Below, in pieces: positions 7,111 through 15,367 of a stretch of 64,000 bases of DNA. How positions within the stretch are numbered: the stretch's first letter is position 1; the number at the start of each line of letters is the position of its first letter. Origin of the DNA: a virus. Where the stretch lies: IMG/VR virus record IMGVR_UViG_3300044970_001685; one strand, given 5' to 3'. The notes beneath the pieces were generated by a model. The model made no database searches. It saw only the letters and a program-made list of their open reading frames with translations, and was not told where the DNA came from. Position numbers and translations under genes: made by a program.

Positions 7111-8073
7111 ATGAAACTCAAAAATCTTATTGCTATTGGTCTGGTTGCTGCTCCTGCTGCTGCTCTTGCTGGACCTGCTCTGAATGGTGCTGGAGCTACG
7201 TTTCCCGCCCCAATTTATCAACGATGGTTCCAGGATTTTGCTTCGTCTACTGGAAATCGTGTTAATTACCAATCTGTTGGTTCTGGTGCTGGTGTTCGTC
7301 AGTTCATCGCTGGGACCGTCGATTTTGGTGCGTCTGATGAACCGATCAAAGCATCGGAAGCAGCAAAGGTGAAGCGTGGTGTCGTTCAAATCCCTATGGT
7401 GGGTGGAACGATTGCTGTCGCTTATAACAAACCTGGATGCAAACTAAAACTGACCCAGAAGCAAACCGTTGATGTATTCTCTGGACGCATTAAGGATTGG
7501 AAAGCACTTGGTTGCTCCGCTGGTCCTATTCAAGTGGTGTATCGTTCTGATGGATCTGGAACTACCTTTGCATTCACCAACTCTCTGGATGCATTCGGTG
7601 GTTGGGCTCCTGGTGTTGGTAAGGCAGTCAAGTGGCCTACTGGTGTTGGTTCAAAAGGTAACGAAGGTGTTGCTGGAACCATCAAGAACACTGCTGGTGC
7701 GATTGGCTATGTGAATACTGGATTTGTTCGTGCTAACAAACTCCAAGCAGCAGTTCTTCAAAACAAGGCAGGTAAGTTTGTTGGACCTTCTGCTGCAACT
7801 GGTTCTGCTGCTCTGAATGGTATTACTCTGGATGCAAACCTTGCTGGCGAGAACCCCAATCCTGCTGGTGTAAATGCATATCCCATTTCTACTTTGACTT
7901 GGATTCTTGCTTATAAGAAAGGTAATGGTGCAAAGGCAGATGATATTCGTGCCGCTATTAACTATGCTCTAAGCACAAAGGCACAATCTATTGCTGATGA
8001 TCTTGGATATGTTCCTCTTTCTGGTAGCGTTCTGAACAAAGCACGTCTTGCTGTTGGTCGCATCGGTAACTGA
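7111..8073 (+). CDS. pstS: phosphate ABC transporter substrate-binding protein
   Basis: GAGATFP, YQSVGSGAG, DFGASD, RSDGSGTT, YPI motifs; start reassigned to 7111. Confidence 0.97.
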   Translation: MKLKNLIAIGLVAAPAAALAGPALNGAGATFPAPIYQRWFQDFASSTGNRVNYQSVGSGAGVRQFIAGTVDFGASDEPIKASEAAKVKRGVVQIPMVGGTIAVAYNKPGCKLKLTQKQTVDVFSGRIKDWKALGCSAGPIQVVYRSDGSGTTFAFTNSLDAFGGWAPGVGKAVKWPTGVGSKGNEGVAGTIKNTAGAIGYVNTGFVRANKLQAAVLQNKAGKFVGPSAATGSAALNGITLDANLAGENPNPAGVNAYPISTLTWILAYKKGNGAKADDIRAAINYALSTKAQSIADDLGYVPLSGSVLNKARLAVGRIGN

Positions 8074-8080
8074 CATACAT

Positions 8081-8116
8081 AGGGGGGTTGACAAAACCCC
8101 CTTTTTAATGTATTAT
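8081..8116 (+). terminator. intrinsic terminator with embedded sigma70 -35 for the next genes
   Basis: GGGGGTT-GACAA-AACCCCC-TTTTT; TTGACA 8088-8093, 17 bp, TATTAT 8111-8116. Confidence 0.85.
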
Positions 8117-8137
8117 AGATAACGAGTTAGGAGGTTT

Positions 8138-8296
8138 ATGTCTCTTATTTCCCAAACAGACCGTCAAATGGTCATTGAGGCGCTTGAATACTATATTCAT
8201 AAACTAAAAGAAGATAATTGTACAGAAGCATCAATTTATGCATATAATACACTTCTTCGTTGGATAGAACTGGAGTACTTTAAGAATGAAAATTAA
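8138..8296 (+). CDS. 52-aa hypothetical protein
   Basis: AGGAGGT SD; MSLISQTDRQMVIEALEYYIHKLK... Confidence 0.8.
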   Translation: MSLISQTDRQMVIEALEYYIHKLKEDNCTEASIYAYNTLLRWIELEYFKNEN

Positions 8297-8450
8297 TCTC
8301 TGGTTCTGCATTGAAATGAATCAATGGCGTTGGACTCTGACAGATGACCATCGTCCAATTATCAAACAAGAATCTGGGCAAAGGGAAAATCTCCGTGACG
8401 CTATGAATGATGTAGCAAATACAGTTGAATATCTTATGAGTCAATCTTGA
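8286..8450 (+). CDS. 54-aa hypothetical protein
   Basis: MKINLWFCIEMNQWRWTLTDD...; overlaps previous stop. Confidence 0.75.
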   Translation: MKINLWFCIEMNQWRWTLTDDHRPIIKQESGQRENLRDAMNDVANTVEYLMSQS

Positions 8451-8458
8451 CTTTTTAT

Positions 8459-8530
8459 GGGCGATTGGCGCAGCGGTAGCGCAGCTGCTTTACACGCAGA
8501 CGGTCATTGGTTCGAATCCGATATTGCCCA
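8459..8530 (+). tRNA. tRNA-Val(TAC)
   Basis: GGGCGAT/ATTGCCC stem, loop TTTACAC. Confidence 0.95.
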
Positions 8531-8575
8531 TTATAAATATTTAAAAAAATTGAAGAAGTATAACTGATTATACAA

Positions 8576-8833
8576 ATGGAAAATTTAAGAATCAGATGCC
8601 GCTCCTGTGGAAAGGAGTTAGAGGGGCATCCTACGAAAACTGTGTCTTGTGGTTGCTCTAATATGGCATCCATTCGTGGTGATAAGATTTCAGCAGTTGA
8701 CTTATCTGCTGTTATTATGTTAAACTCTTATGGTCATAAATCAAAACCTGGTGTTCTTACTAACGAAGATCTTGCCTTCCAAGAGGCAAGAAGACAACGT
8801 AAAGTAAGACGTTTAGATTTTGAAGTCCGTTGA
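8576..8833 (+). CDS. small Cys-containing hypothetical protein (possible Zn ribbon)
   Basis: CRSC...CGC; late promoter TATAAATA 8532-8539 upstream. Confidence 0.8.
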   Translation: MENLRIRCRSCGKELEGHPTKTVSCGCSNMASIRGDKISAVDLSAVIMLNSYGHKSKPGVLTNEDLAFQEARRQRKVRRLDFEVR

Positions 8834-8844
8834 GGACTTTTATT

Positions 8845-8931
8845 GGAAGCGTGGCAGAGTCCGGTTTATTGCGTTTGTCTTGAAAACAAATGAGGGTAAG
8901 ACCTCCACTGGTTCGAATCCAGTCGCTTCCG
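8845..8931 (+). tRNA. tRNA-Ser(TGA)
   Basis: long variable arm; anticodon arm TTTGT-CTTGAAA-ACAAA. Confidence 0.95.
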
Positions 8932-9043
8932 TTACAAATATTACAAAATTTTAGATTTTCTTAATCTATATTTTTGTATCAACACAAACTTGACATAGTA
9001 CAAATACCCACTAGCATAACTAGTAGTATTCAACCTAAACCCT

Positions 9044-9193
9044 ATGGATCAGCGCACCTACGATAATTGGGTGAAGATCAAGGAGACTTTTGAAGCCTCT
9101 GGGAACATGGATAATATGTTCTATAAGAGAGCAGTCGAAATAGTCAAAACCCGCAGAGATCCTCTTGCAAAGTTTCTTGGAGATGAGAAATGA
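9044..9193 (+). CDS. 49-aa hypothetical protein
   Basis: MDQRTYDNWVKIKETFEASGNMDNMFYKRA...; TTGACA 8990 upstream. Confidence 0.75.
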   Translation: MDQRTYDNWVKIKETFEASGNMDNMFYKRAVEIVKTRRDPLAKFLGDEK

Positions 9194-9396
9194 TGGAACC
9201 ATTTGATGATGATTATGTAACTCGCACAGAAGTGCAGGAGATGATCGATGCAGCAATACGACGACACAACCGTAATGCTTCTATCATTAGTATGTGCGTC
9301 GGTTGGGTGGTTCTTGCTTTATTTGCTGAGGGACTTTTAAGGTTGATAGGCGTCATTCCACCAGTTTTGCCATGGTTAAACATTACCCTGAAATAA
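9190..9396 (+). CDS. small membrane protein
   Basis: ATGA coupling; RRHNRNASIISMCVGWVVLALF TM. Confidence 0.8.
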   Translation: MMEPFDDDYVTRTEVQEMIDAAIRRHNRNASIISMCVGWVVLALFAEGLLRLIGVIPPVLPWLNITLK

Positions 9397-9551
9397 TAGG
9401 AATCTTTTTCCTTCTGGTGTTTGCTGCCACTATGTTCTATCAAGGAACTTGTATTATGAGAGGTCAAAGAGGATATTCACTCAGAGATTATATGAAACAA
9501 GAAAGTTCAAGTATGCGTAAACGAATAGAAGAACTTTTAAAGGACAAATGA
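9372..9551 (+). CDS. 59-aa single-TM protein
   Basis: MVKHYPEIIGIFFLLVFAATMFYQG... Confidence 0.6.
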   Translation: MVKHYPEIIGIFFLLVFAATMFYQGTCIMRGQRGYSLRDYMKQESSSMRKRIEELLKDK

Positions 9552-9661
9552 TAACTTTAACCGAAGAAGATTTGCAAGAGTTGCAAGAAAGAGTCATGCG
9601 GCAAAAAATGGAAGAGTTATTTGAAGAACCATCTACTTATGAGGATGAGAAAGATGATTAA
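9548..9661 (+). CDS. 37-aa acidic microprotein
   Basis: MITLTEEDLQELQERVMRQKMEELFEEPSTYEDEKDD; ATGA coupling. Confidence 0.6.
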   Translation: MITLTEEDLQELQERVMRQKMEELFEEPSTYEDEKDD

Positions 9662-9749
9662 AACTTTTATATCTTCACTTTTACTTTTTAGTTCTATTGC
9701 ATCGTTCATTTATTGGGGACTTACACACGCATATCCAGGAGTTGTATGA
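9654..9749 (+). CDS. 31-aa single-TM microprotein (WGLTHAYP motif)
   Basis: MIKTFISSLLLFSSIASFIYWGLTHAYPGVV; stop overlaps gnd ATG (ATGA). Confidence 0.6.
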   Translation: MIKTFISSLLLFSSIASFIYWGLTHAYPGVV

Positions 9750-10789
9750 AAGTAGGATTAATCGGACTAGGACGGATGGGAGAAGGAATGTCCCGTCGAA
9801 TGATGAAAGCAGGTATTGAGGTTTGGGGTTATAGGAGGAATTATGAGAAAGCACAAGAAGCATATGAAAACGGATATGTTAACGGTGTTACAACTTCTAT
9901 ACAAAGCCTTGCTCAGGTAGTAAAACATACTCAGAGTGGAGTATCAGACAAATATGGACCAGGCATCTTTATGATGGTTGTACCAGCAGAAACAGTAGAG
10001 GAGACAATCAATGAGTTACTACGATATTGTGACGAAGGAGATATTATTATTGATCATGGCAATAGCAATTTTAAAGACAGTAGGAAAAGAGCAGAACGTT
10101 TGGCAAAGTTGGGTATCCAATATATTGATTGTGGCACTAGCGGTGGTGTTTATGGTCTGGATCGTGGATACTGTCTTATGGTTGGAGGTGGAAATACTGC
10201 AGTCGCCACTTGTTCGCGCATTTTTGATGCCCTCTCACCAGGAATTGACGCTGCCCCCAGGACTCAATTTAACTCAGACGTAACCTCTGCTGAGTTTGGT
10301 TGGTTACATTGTGGCGGACCAGGGGCAGGACATTTTGTGAAGATGGTTCACAATGGAATCGAATACGGCATTATGCAGGCATATGCCGAAGGATTCAATA
10401 TTCTCAAGAACGCTAATGCAGGTGCTCAGTATGTCAGAGAAGGAGATGCAGAGGTTGCCCCAATGGCGGATCCAGAATCCTATTGTTATGATATTGATGT
10501 TGCTGAGGTTGCTGAGTTGTGGCGTCGTGGTAGCGTGGTTGGGTCTTGGTTACTTGATCTTACTGCTGATGTGTTACGCAGGGATGGTGAGCTTAAACAG
10601 TTCTCTGGAGGCGTATCCGACAGTGGTGAGGGTCGTTGGACTGTTTCTGCCGCTGTGGATTTGGGGGTTCCCGCTCCTGTCATTACTACTGCACTATTTG
10701 AAAGATTTAACTCACGCAATCTCGGATCGTTCGGAGCAAAGATCCTAAACGGAATGCGTTATATGTTCGGTGGACATCATGTTAGGTAA
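9746..10789 (+). CDS. gnd: 6-phosphogluconate dehydrogenase (short type)
   Basis: GLGRMG, DHGNS, GTSGG, GHFVKMVHNGIEY, SGEGRW; start reassigned to 9746. Confidence 0.97.
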   Translation: MKVGLIGLGRMGEGMSRRMMKAGIEVWGYRRNYEKAQEAYENGYVNGVTTSIQSLAQVVKHTQSGVSDKYGPGIFMMVVPAETVEETINELLRYCDEGDIIIDHGNSNFKDSRKRAERLAKLGIQYIDCGTSGGVYGLDRGYCLMVGGGNTAVATCSRIFDALSPGIDAAPRTQFNSDVTSAEFGWLHCGGPGAGHFVKMVHNGIEYGIMQAYAEGFNILKNANAGAQYVREGDAEVAPMADPESYCYDIDVAEVAELWRRGSVVGSWLLDLTADVLRRDGELKQFSGGVSDSGEGRWTVSAAVDLGVPAPVITTALFERFNSRNLGSFGAKILNGMRYMFGGHHVR

Positions 10790-10898
10790 AGTACTTTTAT
10801 TTGTTTCAGTTCCTTTCGTATTAACAACTCTTTATTTCGGAACAAAAGGAGGGTATTATGATACCGAAAAGTATAAAGGAAACGGAACCGCACATTAG
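10779..10898 (+). CDS. ndhP: NDH-1L small subunit NdhP homologue
   Basis: MLGKVLLFVSVPFVLTTLYFGTKGGYYDTEKYKGNGTAH; TM + FGTxxGxYD...YxGNGxAH signature; absent from ORF track. Confidence 0.85.
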   Translation: MLGKVLLFVSVPFVLTTLYFGTKGGYYDTEKYKGNGTAH

Positions 10899-11079
10899 GC
10901 AGCGGTATCACTTTGCAACATCAGCATTTGTAAGAATGTGGGGGCATAGTTCATTACACGATCGTCGTATCGTAGAATTCTGTGAGGTATGGGCGCATAG
11001 AACTGAAAACGCACCATTGGATGATAGAGTATTGGATCAATATTTCTATTATGAATTTAAAACTTGGAGAGGATACTGA
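10858..11079 (+). CDS. hypothetical protein
   Basis: 73-aa ORF; GGAGG SD upstream. Confidence 0.7.
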   Translation: MIPKSIKETEPHIRQRYHFATSAFVRMWGHSSLHDRRIVEFCEVWAHRTENAPLDDRVLDQYFYYEFKTWRGY

Positions 11080-11231
11080 TGGGACACTTTGCACGATGGG
11101 TATTGGAAAACCCATATACACTTGGATTTCTTGGATATATTTTGATTGTTCTTCCTATTATGGGTATATGGGCGATTCATAAATACGAATGGCAGCACTG
11201 GGCACCATTTGACAAAGGGCACAAGAAGTAA
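11079..11231 (+). CDS. 50-aa single-TM protein
   Basis: MGHFARWVLENPYTLGFLGYILIVLPIMGIWAIHKYEWQHWAPF; TGATG coupling. Confidence 0.7.
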   Translation: MGHFARWVLENPYTLGFLGYILIVLPIMGIWAIHKYEWQHWAPFDKGHKK

Positions 11232-11277
11232 AGGTTCAAAACATATAAATAGTTTTGAACTTACTTGATAAGTTTTT

Positions 11278-11604
11278 ATGCCGTATTCAAATCCAGAACA
11301 ACAAAAAGCCGCACAGAAGCAGTGGTATGAGAAAAACAAGTCTATTACCGCTCAAAGATCAAAAGAGGCTAGACAAAGGAAGAGAATGTGGTATAATAAT
11401 ATTATGGATGAAAAGTCCTGTGAGAGATGTGGAGAAAATGATAATGCCTGTTTAGACTGGCATCATCTCAATCCAAAAGAAAAAGAACACGATATTGCTT
11501 TTTTACTTTGTAATAGAAGTAAAGAATCAATTTTAGAAGAGATGGAAAAATGTATCTGTCTTTGTTCTAACTGTCACAGAAAACTTCATTACTACGGGGC
11601 GTAG
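11278..11604 (+). CDS. HNH endonuclease (putative free-standing homing endonuclease)
   Basis: CERCG...LDWHH...KCICLCSNCHRKLH; late promoter TATAAATA 11243-11250; stop codon lies inside tRNA-Pro. Confidence 0.85.
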   Translation: MPYSNPEQQKAAQKQWYEKNKSITAQRSKEARQRKRMWYNNIMDEKSCERCGENDNACLDWHHLNPKEKEHDIAFLLCNRSKESILEEMEKCICLCSNCHRKLHYYGA

Positions 11605-11665
11605 TATAGTGGTAGAATGCCGCTTTTGGGAAGCGGAGGTGCAAGTTCGATTCTTGCCGCCCCGA
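11595..11665 (+). tRNA. tRNA-Pro(TGG)
   Basis: CGGGGCG/CGCCCCG-A acceptor, CCGCT-TTTGGGA-AGCGG; weak D stem. Confidence 0.9.
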
Positions 11666-11689
11666 TCGCCAGTTACTTCACTGGCACAC

Positions 11690-11718
11690 TTGACACAAAA
11701 ACTCAAACACCTTATAAT
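11690..11718 (+). promoter_or_regulatory. sigma70 promoter
   Basis: TTGACA-N17-TATAAT, preceded by GCCAGT..ACTGGC inverted repeat. Confidence 0.85.
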
Positions 11719-11741
11719 ACTAGGGTAAACAAAACAAAACA

Positions 11742-11957
11742 ATGTCTCTGATTCAAAAATTCAAAAAGGATGTTAGCACTCTACGTTCTGCTGCTAACGG
11801 GGAAATCTACCTTGATGTAAAGAATCCGAAACTTTATAAAAAGGTTCGCCGCTTCTATGAAAATGAAGGGGTGGTATTTTCCGGTGATCCTCTTGATGAT
11901 TACGAAATTCTTATGGAGTATATTGATCAGGATCTTGAATCTGTTGAGGTTGCATGA
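11742..11957 (+). CDS. hypothetical cyanophage protein
   Basis: 71-aa ORF directly after promoter. Confidence 0.8.
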   Translation: MSLIQKFKKDVSTLRSAANGEIYLDVKNPKLYKKVRRFYENEGVVFSGDPLDDYEILMEYIDQDLESVEVA

Positions 11958-12190
11958 AAACCAAAGTTCTTCTGGAGCGTGAAGGATATCGTTTCGTAGA
12001 GGCAGGTATCCTTGAAATTAACGGTAAACCTGATTACCGTTTACAAAAACAAAACGAATACACCAAACGCTGGAATGACATTTATCTTTTTGATAATGGT
12101 CTACAATGTACTACTGCTATGGAAGACATTGACTATGCGCGTTGGTTAGATCCAGATAGAGTTCCTTGTTATGTAAGAGATGATGATTAA
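11954..12190 (+). CDS. hypothetical cyanophage protein
   Basis: 78-aa ORF, ATGA coupling. Confidence 0.8.
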   Translation: MKTKVLLEREGYRFVEAGILEINGKPDYRLQKQNEYTKRWNDIYLFDNGLQCTTAMEDIDYARWLDPDRVPCYVRDDD

Positions 12191-12237
12191 ATAGTCACGG
12201 ATGGACTTTAACAGCACTGGTCGGGAGCAAACCCCTA

Positions 12238-12462
12238 ATGTCAAAATCTGATTTACTTCGGTGGATTGGAAATATTCTTCTTATAATTGGTTATCAAACT
12301 ATGTTATGGGGAGAATTTAAATATGGTTTATTAATAAAGGTTATTGGAGGTTTACTCACAGTGCCTTTTGCTATTAAACTTAAACTTTGGGATGTACTAT
12401 TCTTATGTGCATTCTTTGGTATTACCGAGATATCAAAGTTAACCCAACTTTTCTTAGTTTAG
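12238..12462 (+). CDS. small multi-TM membrane protein
   Basis: three hydrophobic segments in 74 aa. Confidence 0.75.
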   Translation: MSKSDLLRWIGNILLIIGYQTMLWGEFKYGLLIKVIGGLLTVPFAIKLKLWDVLFLCAFFGITEISKLTQLFLV

Positions 12463-12590
12463 TAAAACTAAGTGGTGGAGTCAAATATGACCCTATTGTT
12501 TTCTTGCTTTTCTCAAGAGCAAGTGGTGCGGATGGGACTCTCTCCCGCCTGGTTTCCAATTTCCAGTTAAAGAATTGGTGGCGAGCCTGA
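12449..12590 (+). ncRNA. wcaG-type RNA motif (three hairpin-UGGYG units)
   Basis: CTTAGTTT/AAACTAAG-TGGTG; CTTGCT/AGCAAG-TGGTG; CCAATT/AATTGG-TGGCG; upstream of gmd/fcl as known for cyanophage wcaG RNAs. Confidence 0.75.
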
Positions 12591-12595
12591 GTTAC

Positions 12596-12633
12596 AGAGG
12601 TGGGTTGCATAAACCCATCTTTTTTAGTATAAT
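12596..12633 (+). terminator. intrinsic terminator with embedded sigma70 promoter for gmd
   Basis: GGTGGGTT-GCATA-AACCCATC-TTTTTT; TTGCAT 12605-12610, 17 bp, TATAAT 12628-12633. Confidence 0.75.
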
Positions 12634-12653
12634 GGTAAAAAGTATTCTTGTTT

Positions 12654-13655
12654 ATGAAGGTTGCATTAATCACTGGAATCACAGGTCAAGACGGTTCTTA
12701 TCTTGCCGAACTTCTTTTGGAGAAAGGATATGAAGTTCATGGTATTGTAAGACGTGCATCTTTGATTAATACGCATCGTATAGATCATTTGTATCAAAAT
12801 GTTAAGTTACATTACGGAGACTTAACAGACTCTACTAATATAGTAAGAGTCATACAGAAAGTCCAACCTGATGAAATTTATAATCTTGGTGCTCAAAGTC
12901 ATGTCAAAGTATCCTTTGAGATGCCTGAATACACTGCTGATGTGGATGGTGTGGGAACTCTTCGGGTTCTTGAAGCAGTGCGTCTTTTGGGTATGGAAGA
13001 CCGTGTACGCATCTATCAGGCATCTACCAGCGAACTTTACGGATTGGTTCAAGAAACTCCTCAAAGTGAAACTACTCCTTTTTATCCCCGTTCTCCTTAT
13101 GGGGTAGCAAAACTCTATGGATATTGGATAACCAAAAACTATCGTGAAGCATATGGGATGTATGCTTGTACTGGAATTCTGTTTAATCACGAATCACCAA
13201 GACGTGGAGAAACGTTTGTAACACGTAAGATTACTCGTGGTCTTTCAAAGATTTCTTGCGGACTTCAAGATGTTCTTGAACTTGGTAATCTAAATGCTAA
13301 ACGTGACTGGGGACACGCTAAGGACTTTGTAGAAGCAATGTGGTTGATGCTTCAACAAGATGAACCAGAAGATTATGTGATTGCAACTGGTGTTCAGTAC
13401 TCTGTAAAGGAGTTTGTGGAAGAATCGGCACCTTACTTTGGAATGAAGATTGAATGGGAAGGTGAGGGTCTTGATGAGGTTGGTATTGATAAACTTACTG
13501 GCAGAACGGTCATTAGAGTCAATCCTAAATATTTTCGACCTGCTGAAGTAGAGACTTTATTAGGTGATGCCTCTAAGGCAAAAGAAAAATTAGGTTGGGA
13601 ACCTAAGATTTCTTTCAAACAATTAGTTGAGGATATGTGCATTTATGGACAGTGA
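12654..13655 (+). CDS. gmd: GDP-mannose 4,6-dehydratase
   Basis: [46 protein letters not shown]. Confidence 0.97.
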   Translation: MKVALITGITGQDGSYLAELLLEKGYEVHGIVRRASLINTHRIDHLYQNVKLHYGDLTDSTNIVRVIQKVQPDEIYNLGAQSHVKVSFEMPEYTADVDGVGTLRVLEAVRLLGMEDRVRIYQASTSELYGLVQETPQSETTPFYPRSPYGVAKLYGYWITKNYREAYGMYACTGILFNHESPRRGETFVTRKITRGLSKISCGLQDVLELGNLNAKRDWGHAKDFVEAMWLMLQQDEPEDYVIATGVQYSVKEFVEESAPYFGMKIEWEGEGLDEVGIDKLTGRTVIRVNPKYFRPAEVETLLGDASKAKEKLGWEPKISFKQLVEDMCIYGQ

Positions 13656-14580
13656 TTCCAGAGTATTAGTTGCTGGTGCCAATGGGATGGTTGGATCTGC
13701 AATTGTTAGAAATCTTGAAAGTAAAGATTATAGTGATATTATTAGGGGAACTCGTCAGACTGTAGATTTTACAGATCAAGAAGCGACTGATACATTTTTT
13801 AGACTTAAAAAACCTGATTATGTTTTTGTTGCCGCTGCCAAGGTTGGTGGTATTATGGCAAACAATACATATAAGGCAGATTTCTTGACTGAGAATATCC
13901 GTATTCAGACGAATATTATTGATTCTGCATATCGTTGGGGTGTAAAGAAACTTTTGTTTCTTGGTTCATCCTGCATCTATCCCAAGTTTGCAACTCAACC
14001 AATCACCGAAGATCAGTTGATGACTGGTGCTCTGGAACCAACCAATGATGCCTATGCGATTGCAAAGATTGCTGGTATTATGATGTGTCAGGCATATCGC
14101 CAACAGCATGGGTTTAATGCCATCTCCTTGATGCCTACGAACCTTTATGGTCCTAACGATAACTTTGACCTGGAAACGTCTCACGTTCTTCCAGCAATGA
14201 TTGCTAAGTTTCATGCTGCTCTTGACCATAGTAAGTATTGGGAAGTCAAACTTTGGGGTGATGGTTCTGCGATGAGAGAGTTTCTGCACGTTGATGATCT
14301 TGCAGAAGCGTGTTATACCTGTATGCAGGTCTATAATGAAGCAGAACATATCAATGTTGGTACAGGTGAAGATGTGACGATTAAGGAACTTGCGGAAACT
14401 GTTGCTGATGTTGTTGGGTATGATCGTGATATTAATTGGGATACTACAAAACCAAATGGTACTCCACGTAAAGTCTTGAATGTAGATAAGATTAAATCGC
14501 TTGGTTGGGAACCAAAGATTGGTCTCCGTGAAGGTATTGGGTCAACTTATCAATGGTATAAAGAAAATGCTTGCAAATGA
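13645..14580 (+). CDS. fcl: GDP-L-fucose synthase
   Basis: [40 protein letters not shown]. Confidence 0.97.
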   Translation: MDSDSRVLVAGANGMVGSAIVRNLESKDYSDIIRGTRQTVDFTDQEATDTFFRLKKPDYVFVAAAKVGGIMANNTYKADFLTENIRIQTNIIDSAYRWGVKKLLFLGSSCIYPKFATQPITEDQLMTGALEPTNDAYAIAKIAGIMMCQAYRQQHGFNAISLMPTNLYGPNDNFDLETSHVLPAMIAKFHAALDHSKYWEVKLWGDGSAMREFLHVDDLAEACYTCMQVYNEAEHINVGTGEDVTIKELAETVADVVGYDRDINWDTTKPNGTPRKVLNVDKIKSLGWEPKIGLREGIGSTYQWYKENACK

Positions 14581-15367
14581 TGATCTAGGAAATCTGGGAA
14601 GACTTGGTAACCAGATGTTTCAATATACTGCTCTTCGTGGTCTTGCCCAAAGACACGGATATGAGTATTGCTTACCACCAAGAGCAGTTGTTGCAACAAG
14701 AGATATTAATTGTGTAAACTCAGATATTACAATGTTTGAGTGCTTTAAGATTCCTGAAGCACCAAAGCATGTGACTAATTTTCCAAAGGTAATGGAATCA
14801 AATTTTGGATTAGATCAAAATCTTTGGAACAACTGTCCAGATAATATTAGTCTTTATGGATATTTCCAAACAGAAAAATATTTCAAGCATATTGAAAAGC
14901 AAATTCGTGAGGCATTTACTTTTGCCGATGAAATTCGTGAACCAACAGAAGAAGCATTTAAATCAAATTTTGGTAATGAAGAAGTAATTGCAATTCATCT
15001 TCGTAGGGGAGATTATCTACAATATCCACATCACCCAGTACAAACGTTAGAGTATTATGCTCAGGGATTGTCTCATATGCCAGAAGACATTCCAGTTATG
15101 ATTTTTTCTGATGGAATTGAGTGGTGTAAGGAGCAAGAAGTTTTTCAGGGAGATCGTTTTATTTTTGCAGAAGGAAACAGCACTGGCGTAGATCTTTGTC
15201 TCCAATCCCTTTGCACATATCACATCATTGCCAATTCTTCATTCTCTTGGTGGGGTGCTTGGTTGGCAAAAAGTAAAAAAACAGTTGCCCCAAGTACTTG
15301 GTTTGCTGGACCAGATGCTTCTAAAGATCTCAGCGATTTATATTTACAAGGATGGATTATCATATGA
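14567..15367 (+). CDS. alpha-1,2-fucosyltransferase (GT11)
   Basis: GRLGNQMFQY, GYFQ, HLRRGDY, ANSSFSWWGAWL. Confidence 0.93.
   Translation: MLANDDLGNLGRLGNQMFQYTALRGLAQRHGYEYCLPPRAVVATRDINCVNSDITMFECFKIPEAPKHVTNFPKVMESNFGLDQNLWNNCPDNISLYGYFQTEKYFKHIEKQIREAFTFADEIREPTEEAFKSNFGNEEVIAIHLRRGDYLQYPHHPVQTLEYYAQGLSHMPEDIPVMIFSDGIEWCKEQEVFQGDRFIFAEGNSTGVDLCLQSLCTYHIIANSSFSWWGAWLAKSKKTVAPSTWFAGPDASKDLSDLYLQGWIII

Noticed and set aside
8975-8989. NtcA site (GTA-N8-AAC)
   Set aside because: Imperfect match in AT-rich DNA with no nitrogen-related gene downstream
12449-12590. CRISPR mini-array
   Set aside because: Units share structure and only a 5-nt motif, not identical repeats; no cas genes
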